A stretch of DNA of 64,000 nt, taken from NCBI GenBank assembly GCA_964221315.1, contig CAXPYI010000003.1, forward strand, positions 226,266-290,265, written 5' to 3'. The DNA comes from Leeuwenhoekiella palythoae. GTDB taxonomy: Bacteria; Bacteroidota; Bacteroidia; Flavobacteriales; Flavobacteriaceae. The position numbers were made by a program, and so were the translations under genes. The notes beneath the pieces are model-generated. The model saw only the letters and a program-made list of their open reading frames with translations. It was not told where the DNA came from and did no database searches. The stretch's first letter is position 1. The number at the start of each line of letters is the position of its first letter. This document shows, one piece after another, positions 41,562 to 50,790 of the stretch.

Positions 41562-41656
41562 TAAATTAACTATAAAAAAATAAATCCTACACTATAAGTG
41601 TTAAAATTTTATACAAATCATTGATTTATTAGGTTTTTTGTGTATATTTAATGTGT

Positions 41657-41732
41657 TGTATTGGGGTGCTGATACATTTCGGCTGAGAAAAGACCCATAA
41701 CACTCGTTGGATAATGCCAACTAAGGAATACA
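41657..41732 (+). promoter_or_regulatory. TPP-riboswitch-like element, divergent and orphan
   Basis: P1 TGTATT/AATACA, GGGGTGC...GCTGAGA...ACCC, P5 GTTGG-ATAATG-CCAAC, AGGAA. Confidence 0.72.
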
Positions 41733-41740
41733 TTAACAAG

Positions 41741-41782
41741 TAAAGGGAACAATATGTATATCATTTGTTCCCTTTATTATTT
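41741..41782 (+). terminator. Intrinsic terminator after the riboswitch-like element
   Basis: TAAAGGGAACAA / TTGTTCCCTTTA then TTATTT. Confidence 0.75.
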
Positions 41783-41846
41783 AAGAAATCTGCCAAAAAC
41801 GTGTAATACAAAAAAGCCTTTCATTTCTGAAAGGCTTTGTCTTTTT

Positions 41847-41863
41847 GGGTGGAAGATGGGACT
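41847..41863 (-). repeat. 17-bp direct repeat of the tRNA-His 3' end
   Basis: GGGTGGAAGATGGGACT identical to 41955-41971. Confidence 0.9.
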
Positions 41864-41865
41864 TA

Positions 41866-41882
41866 CTTCGACTACGCTCAGC
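41866..41882. repeat. REP-like element core
   Basis: CTTCGACTACGCTCAG resembles the cores at 2651 and 60740. Confidence 0.55.
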
Positions 41883-41955
41883 ATAAACTTCTCGTCCTGA
41901 TATATTAAAACTGATCACAAAAAAAGCTCCTTATTTCTAAGAAGCTTATATTCTG

Positions 41956-42030
41956 GGTGGAAGATGGGACTCGAACCCACGACATCTGGTACCACAAACC
42001 AGCGCTCTAACCAACTGAGCTACAACCACC
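41956..42030 (-). tRNA. tRNA-His(GTG)
   Basis: G-1 GTGGTTGTAGCTCAGTTGGTTAGAGC, CTGGT-TTGTGGT-ACCAG, GGTTCGAGTCC, C discriminator. Confidence 0.96.
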
Positions 42031-42046
42031 ATGTTAATTAGGACTG

Positions 42047-42054
42047 CAAATGTA
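42047..42054 (-). promoter_or_regulatory. -7 box for tRNA-His
   Basis: TACATTTG on minus strand. Confidence 0.7.
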
Positions 42055-42090
42055 AATTATTTACGTTTTTCTACAAAACGTTTTCTTTAC

Positions 42091-42813
42091 TTATTTTAAA
42101 TCAAATAAAGAGTCTACAGCAGGATAACGCTCAACAGTATATCCTTCAGCATGTTCTACATTAATCAATCTGCCTAGATTTCTTGCCCTATACACAATAC
42201 TATCCGTAAAGTTTTCACTGGAAATTGGGGTATCAGGCTCTTCACTATTAGGATCAAAAAATTGAGTTTTATAAGCCAATACTGCTTCCATCTTTTTATC
42301 CATAAACCCAGAAACATCCACAACGATATCTGGCTCAATATCTTTCCATTGTATATAATGATAAACGGTCTTAGGCCTCCAAGCTTTTTGCTCTATGCTT
42401 TCATCCTTGTGTACGGTTTCTATTTTTCGTAAGCCACTTAAAAAACATGCGTCACTTACTAGCTTACTACCTTTTCCATGGTCTATATGCCTATCTTCAA
42501 TAGCGTTACAAATCACTATTTCTGGCCTGTAAAAACGAATCATTTTAATAAGCTCTATTTGATGTTCTCTATCGTTTTTAAAAAACCCATCGGCAAATCT
42601 CATATTAACCCTGGCATGTACTCCCAAAATTTTTGCCGAATTGAACGCTTCTTCGTCTCGAGTTTCTGCATTGCCGCGTGTACCCAATTCGCCTCTAGTA
42701 AGATCTATTATTCCAACTTTTTTACCATTGGCAACTTCTTTTGCTAGTGTTGCACCGCAACCCAATTCCACATCATCAGGATGCGATCCAATAGCCAATA
42801 TGTCTAGTTTCAT
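42091..42813 (-). CDS. bshB1: Bacillithiol biosynthesis deacetylase BshB1
   Basis: HPDDVE, GELGTRG, RHIDH PIG-L motifs. Confidence 0.9.
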   Translation of the reverse strand: MKLDILAIGSHPDDVELGCGATLAKEVANGKKVGIIDLTRGELGTRGNAETRDEEAFNSAKILGVHARVNMRFADGFFKNDREHQIELIKMIRFYRPEIVICNAIEDRHIDHGKGSKLVSDACFLSGLRKIETVHKDESIEQKAWRPKTVYHYIQWKDIEPDIVVDVSGFMDKKMEAVLAYKTQFFDPNSEEPDTPISSENFTDSIVYRARNLGRLINVEHAEGYTVERYPAVDSLFDLK

Positions 42814-43964
42814 TTCTTAATTTTATCTAAAGCATTATTTATATCTCTCTTTAAATCCTTCACCTCTTCAATTCCGACCGAAAATCGAATCAATTGATTG
42901 CTAATTCCCACTCTATCGCGCTCATCTTGGCTCAACAATGCGTGAGATGTTAAGTGTGGTGATAGCACGGTACTTTCAATTCCTGCTAAGCTCATTGAAG
43001 GTTTAATCAATTTTAATTCCTCCTGAAATCGCTTTGAATCCAAATCATCTGTCAATTCAAAAGATAACATGGCTCCAAATCCTTTCATCTGGGATTTAGC
43101 CAGCTTATGTTCTGGGTGAGATTTTAAACCTGGATAATAAACTTTGTTAACACTCGAATGCTCATCTAACCATTTAGCAAGTTTCATAGCATTTTCAGTC
43201 TGTGCTTTTACACGTAAACCAAGTGTTTTCATACTACGTTCTAACATCCAGACGGTCATGTCGCTTAGGCTTCCGCCTAGATTTTTGCCAACATTCCAAA
43301 TGCGTTCTATATGTTCTTTTGAACTTGCAACTGCTCCCGCACAAATATCGCTGTGGCCACCAAAATACTTAGTTGCCGAATGCATTACCATATCGATTCC
43401 AAAATCGATTGGAGTCTGGTTAACTGATGATGCAAAAGTATTGTCGATTGAAGTAAGAATATTTTTTGATTTCCCAAGTTTTGCAATGGCTGCAATGTCT
43501 GTAACAGTCAGCAGAGGGTTTGAAGGTGTTTCAATATGAATCAACTTTGTATTGCTACGTATGGCAGCCTCGAAATCTTCAACTTTATAGCCGTCTGTAA
43601 AAGTATATTCTATGCCATACTTAGGCAATTCTTCTTTGATGAAGTTTACTGTACCACCATAAAGCGTATTCTGCACTACCAAGTGGTCACCTTTTTGCAA
43701 AAATGCTAAGAACATTGTACTAATTGCCGCCATGCCAGAACCGAAGATCATCGCAGCATCAGTATGTTCTAAAGCTGCAATTTTTTTTGACAGGTATTCT
43801 TGGTTCGGTGTGTTAAAGTATCTAGGGTAGCGCTTTACATCAACATCAAAAAATTCATAAGACGAGCTGAGGTATATTGGCGAAACCGCACCTTTGAATT
43901 GTTCGTCCTTAATTTCACCTACGTGTGTACAAATTGTATTTAGGCCTAAAATAGATTTTGACAT
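42810..43964 (-). CDS. Cys/Met metabolism PLP enzyme (cystathionine gamma-synthase/beta-lyase family)
   Basis: SGMAAI, ETPSNP, DNTF, HSATKYFGGHSD. Confidence 0.93.
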   Translation of the reverse strand: MSKSILGLNTICTHVGEIKDEQFKGAVSPIYLSSSYEFFDVDVKRYPRYFNTPNQEYLSKKIAALEHTDAAMIFGSGMAAISTMFLAFLQKGDHLVVQNTLYGGTVNFIKEELPKYGIEYTFTDGYKVEDFEAAIRSNTKLIHIETPSNPLLTVTDIAAIAKLGKSKNILTSIDNTFASSVNQTPIDFGIDMVMHSATKYFGGHSDICAGAVASSKEHIERIWNVGKNLGGSLSDMTVWMLERSMKTLGLRVKAQTENAMKLAKWLDEHSSVNKVYYPGLKSHPEHKLAKSQMKGFGAMLSFELTDDLDSKRFQEELKLIKPSMSLAGIESTVLSPHLTSHALLSQDERDRVGISNQLIRFSVGIEEVKDLKRDINNALDKIKK

Positions 43965-44013
43965 TCCATTAGTTTTTAAGTGCTAAAATTAATGAAAATG
44001 CTTAACTACTCAC

Positions 44014-44781
44014 TTAGTTGGCAATACAAACTTTTCTAGACTGTGAAAATGTGTCGGAATCAATTATTACGATATAGATCCCGTTGGAAATTTCTGATGT
44101 ATTCAATGTGTGCTCTTCTTTAGAAATTTTTTCCTCGATAATTTTCTTTCCCTCTAAACTATATAAAGAAAGTAAAGCCCCAGCGCTGTTAAAAATTCCA
44201 CTTACGTACAGCTCATTATTTGATTTTGAATACCAAATGTTGACAGAGGCAACTTCATTATCTTCTACAGACAATAGATTATTGTTTATTTCTAAATGAG
44301 CAGTGGTCGAAAAGGTAATATAAAATCTATCTATATAATTATCAGCCTGTAAAGTTTGAGTGAAGTTTGAAGCATTTAATAGCGTATAGGAATCTAACTC
44401 TACATCATAAAGGTAGACATCTATATCTTCTTCGAAATTATTTAGTTCTGCAAGTGAAACTGTCACATCCACAGAATTAGTTAGAAACATACCTATAGGG
44501 TAATATTTATTAGTGTTAAATTCACCTACACCTTGTATAACATAACTATTGCCTTCTATTATCCAACCAAAATCATCCGCATAATCATTAAAAGTACCTC
44601 CATCGTATCCGTAATCATAACCGTCAGTAGCAACATTATCCGGAGTAAACCCTAACAAAAGTTGTCTTTGAAAACCTGTATTGGTTTCAAAATTTAAATA
44701 AATTCGTTGAATATCCTGCGCAGAGAGCTCAACAAAGAAGATTGCACAAATTAATACAAGTAGGCACGTAGTTTTTTTCAT
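44014..44781 (-). CDS. Small T9SS cargo protein (type A CTD)
   Basis: Signal peptide; LLLGFT..ATDG.DYGYD domain; C-terminal YSLEGK...NGIYIV...RKV. Confidence 0.82.
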   Translation of the reverse strand: MKKTTCLLVLICAIFFVELSAQDIQRIYLNFETNTGFQRQLLLGFTPDNVATDGYDYGYDGGTFNDYADDFGWIIEGNSYVIQGVGEFNTNKYYPIGMFLTNSVDVTVSLAELNNFEEDIDVYLYDVELDSYTLLNASNFTQTLQADNYIDRFYITFSTTAHLEINNNLLSVEDNEVASVNIWYSKSNNELYVSGIFNSAGALLSLYSLEGKKIIEEKISKEEHTLNTSEISNGIYIVIIDSDTFSQSRKVCIAN

Positions 44782-44952
44782 TTGATTTGGGTTAAATGAT
44801 AAAAATCTTAAGAAGCCAATATAATCAAATTAAATTATAAAATCCATGAAATACATTTTTTATCGATAAAAAACATTTTTCATTAACAATTAAGTCTCGT
44901 ATACAAAAAAAAAGAACTATTCGGTCGCTTATTTATAAAATAATTTCTGATA

Positions 44953-47900
44953 TTATTGCTTAATAACAACTTTTCTACTTAATATAGATCCGCTTTCTAA
45001 TTTCAGCTTTACAACATAAGCACCATGAGGAACTTGGGTTACAGGAATTCTTAACTCCGTATTACTTTCGGATGAAATGTCATCCCAAAGTTTAATAGAC
45101 TGACCTAATATATTGAATATCTCAATCTGTCTTATATCACTTGTATTGATCGAATTTACGTAAATCTCGTTAGTATTATCAAGATAGTAAAGACCAATAG
45201 AATTTTCTTCATAACCATTGATTCCCAATTCCTGAGATTCAAAGACAATAAAGAAACGATCCATATATTCACCTGAGCCAAGACTAATTGTAAACACATT
45301 ATTATATAAATTGGTGTAAGAATCTAACACACTATCATATAGAAACACATCTATATCGGTTTCAAAATTTTCTATTTCAATCGCTTCTAGAGCAATTTCG
45401 CCATCATTAACTATGCTTAAATTCAATGTGTAGATTTTGGTACTATCAAATTCACCAACTCCTTGAATAACAAAATCTCTGTCAGCAATTTTCCAAGATA
45501 TATCATCTGGCATTGCATCGTATAGCTCAGCATCATATCCATAGTCCACATCATCTGTAGCATCATTATTGCTTGTAAACCCTAATAGTAACTCCCTAGA
45601 ATAACCTTGGGAATTAAAAAGAAATCTAATTCTCCTAACAATTTGTTCTTCATTATTTTGATTATCAGTTGAAGAAACTGGGTTAGAACCATTTCTAAAG
45701 AATAGGGAATCATCTCCACTAGGTGTTTCAAGATCTACACCTTCTCTATAAAAAATACGCTGTCCATTGTTAAAATTAATTGTTCTAACACTACTCCCAA
45801 ATTCGGGCGCTTGAACAAAGAAACCTTGAGCTACAGGAATATATCTTCCCGGACGCTTAGGGTTTGCCGTAGTATTTCCTGAGATTAGTGATGAAATTAC
45901 CGCAGCAGGCACGCTACCCAACTTTGTTAATGTAGCATAGCCACCTTCATACTCTTCTAAATAGTGCGTTTGGTTTTCTGGGTAATGTTCCCAGAAATAT
46001 AAAGTACCATCAATAGCACCAGTACCAGAACCTGGTATATTGTCATCTATAAATTTATGGGAATCTAAAGCCGATGGATAAGGATTACCCAATAAGGTTT
46101 GGTGGTCTGCATTAATACTAAAATTAATATTATCTCCATTATTTGGTTTACCTACAAAAGCCCAGTTTTGCTCACCAAATGGACTAGTTAATCCGCTGCC
46201 TTTCATTGTATAGCCCAGACCAACATCAATGGCAGTACCTGAACCCAAATATTGCCAAGCATCATAATTGGTTTGCTCATCCTCAACATCATTTCTATTA
46301 TTGTAATACCATAACCAGTAACCTGCCATAGTAAGATTACCAGCAGAACCTATTGGATCTATTGCCCCATCATTAAAGGCTAAAGCACTAATACTATTTG
46401 CAGATGTTCCGTCTCTGAGCACAGAAGGCACTGTATAAGCTACATTATTTGAAGCCGCATTTAATGTACCGACTGGAGATGACCAATAATTATAATTTGT
46501 TGCGTTTAATGTTCCTTGTTGATGACGCTCTAAACTTCCAGTACTAGAAGTTGCAAGCACACTACCAAAATCTTGAATCAATTGTGACTGTCCGACCAAA
46601 TTAATATTTCCATCGAGTTCTAAATAATGGGTCACTCTTAACATTTGCCCATCATTAGCCTGGTCATTTGGAGTTAAAGGATCTCTTATCTCAAGTTCCT
46701 TATTTGGAGTATCGGATATTAAGCCCAAAACTGTAATATCCTTATCACCTGAAAATATATCATGGGAGATCTCTACTATGTTCCAATCAATAGGTGTAGC
46801 GTTATCTATACCTATACTATTGGGCGCATCCCAAACATTAAAATTTGTCCAAGTGTTATCTGTAGCCCACTCTTGCCCATCAACCCTAGAGGTATAAGGT
46901 ATTGGCGCCGTTTCCTGTTGTGCCGAATCCATATTTCTAAGAAGACCCGTTAAGCCTTTATAAGCTAACAACTTACCACAAAGAACATCCATACGGTAAT
47001 AGCCTTCTAAATCTACCCAAGGCAAACCTGTAACATCTAAAGGCACAACAACACCTCTAACCAAAGTATTATCATCTATTTCCTGATTCATCATATGACG
47101 AATCTGGTCCTGGGCTAATGCCGTACTCCAAATTCTAAGCTCATCCATCCAACCGTTGTAATAATTTACAGGTTTATTTGGTGGATTATTATTTTGATCC
47201 ATTGCACCAATAATACTAGCCATTGTATTGGTTGTTGGAGCTATACCAGCAATTGGAGCACTTACCTCTATGCCATCAATATATAGTCTATAACTCCCAT
47301 TATTATTAGTAACTGCGATATGATACCATCTATCTGTAGAAATTGGATAAGAAGATTGAATTGTTTCCGTTGAATTCCAATTAAATTGCACTGTAGCACC
47401 AGTCAATCTTAAATCATAACCAGAAGTTAAATCGTTAGCGTCTCGTTTAGAAAATAGTGTTTGGATACCTGTGACAGATTCTGGTTTAATCCAAACTTCA
47501 ATGCTAAACTCATTAGATAAATCATAATTATCTTTAAACGTTATATAATCATTAACTCCATCAAAGTCAATTGTAGGGCAACTTTCAATGGTAACAATAA
47601 TGGTATCAGAACAATTGATAGCAGGTACTGTCCATTTTACTTCATAAGTACCAGGATCTGCAGAAAATTTCGAAGTAGGGCTACCTAAATCCGAAAAAGA
47701 ATAATTACCACCGCAACTAGAGATTAAATTAGCTGACCAAACACCAGCCTCACCAGTTCCCGGATATGTTCCTGTTGCAAATACAACTGCATTAGCAACA
47801 CCATTTGCAATATTTTGTGCTGCGGTTAAGCTATTATCGTAAGCATTCAAATCTACATCTTCACCGCATTCACCAATAATTTGTGTAATATCCTCACCCG

Positions 47901-50610
47901 CATAAGCCAATGAAGCATTAACGTCAATAAACTCTGTACCTTCAGGACCATCTGCTCTACAGCCATTGATTAACGAAGTTACACCGTAAGTTTGAATTCC
48001 AGGAGTCACAGGCGTAATCGTTGTCGTAGAACCTGTAGTAACTACAGTTCCTGTACCATCCTCCCATTCTATAACTTCATCAACAGGAGCTTGTGGCAAT
48101 GTGATTCCATCAATTGCCCAAGAACTTCCGTATGTTGAGGTAAATGTAAATCTTACACGAAGATCCGTAAGGCCAATATAATCCGATAAATCTAAGGAAA
48201 CCGAATGAATTCCATCCTGTAAATTTACAGTTGGAACATTGTTTCCCCCATTACCTTGATTGACAAATCCACCTGAATCCCCTGGTCCATTGAAACTCAT
48301 TAATGTTACCGGATAAGTAGTGCCACCATCAACTGACAACTCAACTATACCTGATGCGCCAGACTGTAAATAGTATGCAGATTGAAAATCAATACTTGCA
48401 TTTGTTAGACCTAAAGTATTGAATACCGCAGTTTCTAAAGTTGTAACAGGAGGTGATGGGTCTGCTCCATTAAAATCACCATAAGTTATAGCAAACTTCC
48501 CGCCGCCTTGGTTTTTATACCGAACACCTTCAGTAATATTACTACTATTATTACCATTACCATTACTTATTCCTCTCCAAGGAGTAGGGCTGGTATTACT
48601 CCCTGAAGCATTCCACCCACTTACTCCATCAGCACCATCTACTAACCATCCGGGCAAGTTAGCTTCATTAAATTGCCCTCCATTGTTTAATTCAGTATTA
48701 ACCGAAAAAGAACTTTCTGCCTCTACAATAATAGCCTCACCTAAGCAAATAGTATACTCCGATGGCCCAATAATAGTAGGCGGAACATCTGGTGGCACTA
48801 CAGCAACAACTACAATAGTAGATGCTGCCTGACATGACCCTATTTGAACAATTGCTCTTACCAAAGTCGTCTCAACAATATTGGCGTAGTAGAATGTAGT
48901 TGTAGTATTCGCAACATTAGACCAAGTTATACCTCCATTATTTGAAGTCTGCCAAAAAGCAACATTTCCTGAATGGCCAGATAAATTAATTGTGGCATTT
49001 TGTGGCTCGTCAGGACAGGCCGTAACTTCTATAATATTATCAGAATCAGCAACAGTTTCGGTATTATTTAAATACCCTAAAGCGGTGCCTCCATCAATAT
49101 TTGGACTTGTTACAGTCACTGTCGCAGTGCAAGTATCTGTATTACCGTTGCCATCATCTACAGTTAAGACAACTATATTAGTTCCTATATCGGTACAGTC
49201 AAATACACTTTGAGATAAAGAAAAATTTACAATTCCACAATTATCTGATGAGCCAATATCTAGCTGTGACCCTATTATTGTAGCTGTTCCGGTTGTATCA
49301 TCCAATTGAATAGTTAAATCGTTACAAATTGCTATTGGATCTATTGTATCATCTATAACTACATTTTGAACTACATTAATGATATTTCCATTGCCGTCAT
49401 CAAATGTCCAATTAACAGCATATGATCCTTGCGAATTATAGGTCAGCGGGTCGGTCGTCGTTCCTGTAATAGTACCAGAACATCCATCTGATGTGCTTGG
49501 TACTGGGACTGTAGCACTACATTGATCAGTAATTATTGGAAGGTTTGGTGTCGTTGGATCGGTAACGTCGTCCACGATGACGTTCTGTGGAACTATGATG
49601 CTGTTACCGTTGCCGTCGTCAAAGGTCCAGTTGATGACAAAGGTGCCCTGTGTGCTGTAGGTCAGCGGGTCGCTGGTCGTTCCCGTTATCGTGCCCGAAC
49701 AGTTGTCCGTGGTCGTCGGTGCCGTGGCAGTCGCCGAACATTCTCCCGTGACATCTGCCAGTGTCGGTATTGTTGGATCAATATTGTCTTCTACAGTAAC
49801 TGTTGCAATGCAAGTGTCTGTTTGTCCATTGGTATCCGTAACCGTTAGTGTGACAGTATTAGAACCTATATTTGAACAGTTAAATGTATTTGGAGAAACC
49901 GTCATACTTGCAATCCCGAAATCATCGGAACTACCATTGTCTATGTTGGCTGCTGTTATGGAAGCATTTCCAAAGTTATCTAGTTGAGCCATATAGTTTG
50001 TACAAGATGCAATGGGAGGATTATCTAATCTAAATGTGGCGCTAAAATTAGCACCGCCATTATTAACCGTATGGGGAAAAGGATTGGGTGTTCCACCAAC
50101 AGAAAAATCCGCTGTAGTATATACTTCGATTGTATAATCAACCCCTGAAGTCAATCCTGATAAAATATTGATATTAGCGTTTGTAGTACTCCAATATTGA
50201 TTATCGCCAGTTCCACCACAGGCAGCACCAGAAAAATTCTGAACATTTGAACTTAAATCAATTGATAAAAAAGCACCTGAAGGGCTACCAGAAGGATAAA
50301 TTCTGTAATGAAGCCAACCCGAAGTAACATCATCAGAGCCACATTTAAAAATATTATTTTGACCTCCATTTAATATAAAGGTGTCTGCACTCTGGAAAGT
50401 TCCAAGATTTGCTCCGTTAAAATCGAAATTGGGAGTTTGGGTATGAGGGTTTAAATCATAATAGTTGTTACCAAAACCACTATCTATAACAACATAACAT
50501 TCAAAAATCCCCGACTGAGCATTTAAATTTACACTCAAAAAAAGCATAAATGATAAGTTTAATAGCAGAAACTTATTCATATAAAAAGTTTGAATATTAA
50601 TATACATCAT
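44953..50610 (-). CDS. Large T9SS adhesin-like protein with HYR/Ig-like repeats and LamG domain
   Basis: Repeats TVTDxNGxTDTC and WTFDDGNGN; LamG FSIEVWIKP/WYHIAV/DELRIW; CTD GAYVVKL..RKVVIK; start may be 50580. Confidence 0.9.
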   Translation of the reverse strand: MMYINIQTFYMNKFLLLNLSFMLFLSVNLNAQSGIFECYVVIDSGFGNNYYDLNPHTQTPNFDFNGANLGTFQSADTFILNGGQNNIFKCGSDDVTSGWLHYRIYPSGSPSGAFLSIDLSSNVQNFSGAACGGTGDNQYWSTTNANINILSGLTSGVDYTIEVYTTADFSVGGTPNPFPHTVNNGGANFSATFRLDNPPIASCTNYMAQLDNFGNASITAANIDNGSSDDFGIASMTVSPNTFNCSNIGSNTVTLTVTDTNGQTDTCIATVTVEDNIDPTIPTLADVTGECSATATAPTTTDNCSGTITGTTSDPLTYSTQGTFVINWTFDDGNGNSIIVPQNVIVDDVTDPTTPNLPIITDQCSATVPVPSTSDGCSGTITGTTTDPLTYNSQGSYAVNWTFDDGNGNIINVVQNVVIDDTIDPIAICNDLTIQLDDTTGTATIIGSQLDIGSSDNCGIVNFSLSQSVFDCTDIGTNIVVLTVDDGNGNTDTCTATVTVTSPNIDGGTALGYLNNTETVADSDNIIEVTACPDEPQNATINLSGHSGNVAFWQTSNNGGITWSNVANTTTTFYYANIVETTLVRAIVQIGSCQAASTIVVVAVVPPDVPPTIIGPSEYTICLGEAIIVEAESSFSVNTELNNGGQFNEANLPGWLVDGADGVSGWNASGSNTSPTPWRGISNGNGNNSSNITEGVRYKNQGGGKFAITYGDFNGADPSPPVTTLETAVFNTLGLTNASIDFQSAYYLQSGASGIVELSVDGGTTYPVTLMSFNGPGDSGGFVNQGNGGNNVPTVNLQDGIHSVSLDLSDYIGLTDLRVRFTFTSTYGSSWAIDGITLPQAPVDEVIEWEDGTGTVVTTGSTTTITPVTPGIQTYGVTSLINGCRADGPEGTEFIDVNASLAYAGEDITQIIGECGEDVDLNAYDNSLTAAQNIANGVANAVVFATGTYPGTGEAGVWSANLISSCGGNYSFSDLGSPTSKFSADPGTYEVKWTVPAINCSDTIIVTIESCPTIDFDGVNDYITFKDNYDLSNEFSIEVWIKPESVTGIQTLFSKRDANDLTSGYDLRLTGATVQFNWNSTETIQSSYPISTDRWYHIAVTNNNGSYRLYIDGIEVSAPIAGIAPTTNTMASIIGAMDQNNNPPNKPVNYYNGWMDELRIWSTALAQDQIRHMMNQEIDDNTLVRGVVVPLDVTGLPWVDLEGYYRMDVLCGKLLAYKGLTGLLRNMDSAQQETAPIPYTSRVDGQEWATDNTWTNFNVWDAPNSIGIDNATPIDWNIVEISHDIFSGDKDITVLGLISDTPNKELEIRDPLTPNDQANDGQMLRVTHYLELDGNINLVGQSQLIQDFGSVLATSSTGSLERHQQGTLNATNYNYWSSPVGTLNAASNNVAYTVPSVLRDGTSANSISALAFNDGAIDPIGSAGNLTMAGYWLWYYNNRNDVEDEQTNYDAWQYLGSGTAIDVGLGYTMKGSGLTSPFGEQNWAFVGKPNNGDNINFSINADHQTLLGNPYPSALDSHKFIDDNIPGSGTGAIDGTLYFWEHYPENQTHYLEEYEGGYATLTKLGSVPAAVISSLISGNTTANPKRPGRYIPVAQGFFVQAPEFGSSVRTINFNNGQRIFYREGVDLETPSGDDSLFFRNGSNPVSSTDNQNNEEQIVRRIRFLFNSQGYSRELLLGFTSNNDATDDVDYGYDAELYDAMPDDISWKIADRDFVIQGVGEFDSTKIYTLNLSIVNDGEIALEAIEIENFETDIDVFLYDSVLDSYTNLYNNVFTISLGSGEYMDRFFIVFESQELGINGYEENSIGLYYLDNTNEIYVNSINTSDIRQIEIFNILGQSIKLWDDISSESNTELRIPVTQVPHGAYVVKLKLESGSILSRKVVIKQ
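49441..49770 (-). repeat. Tandem 219-nt (73-aa) Ig-like repeat units, one with anomalous high GC
   Basis: 24-nt patches at 49441 and 49660 match at 22/24; 49561-49740 is 104/180 GC. Confidence 0.85.
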
Positions 50611-50790
50611 CCTGAATCTGATTTATTTAAAAATCAAATTTTGGAAAATGTTAATGTTTGCTATTAATCAGGGGAACAATTAAATTTAGAGATGTTTTCG
50701 CCGTTTAGGCAAATTAATCGACAAACTACCAAAATACCCTTTTACGGTTGATTATCAATAATTTATAGCGTAAATAGTTTTTTTATAACG

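Noticed and set aside
41754-41900. 48-aa ORF as the gene controlled by the riboswitch
   Set aside because: Starts in the terminator loop and runs through hairpins, the tRNA repeat and the REP; no protein-like features
41961-41962. Two U-U mismatches in the tRNA-His acceptor stem as a sign of pseudogenisation
   Set aside because: All other arms, G-1, C73 and the promoter are intact; cannot be called abnormal without orthologs
41741-41971. CRISPR array
   Set aside because: Only two 17-bp copies, derived from the tRNA; no spacers or cas genes
49441-49770. Diversity-generating retroelement template/variable repeat
   Set aside because: No reverse transcriptase in the window, and differences are not adenine-specific
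49522-49987. Two plus-strand ORFs inside the adhesin
   Set aside because: By-products of the GC-rich, stop-poor repeat on the antisense strand
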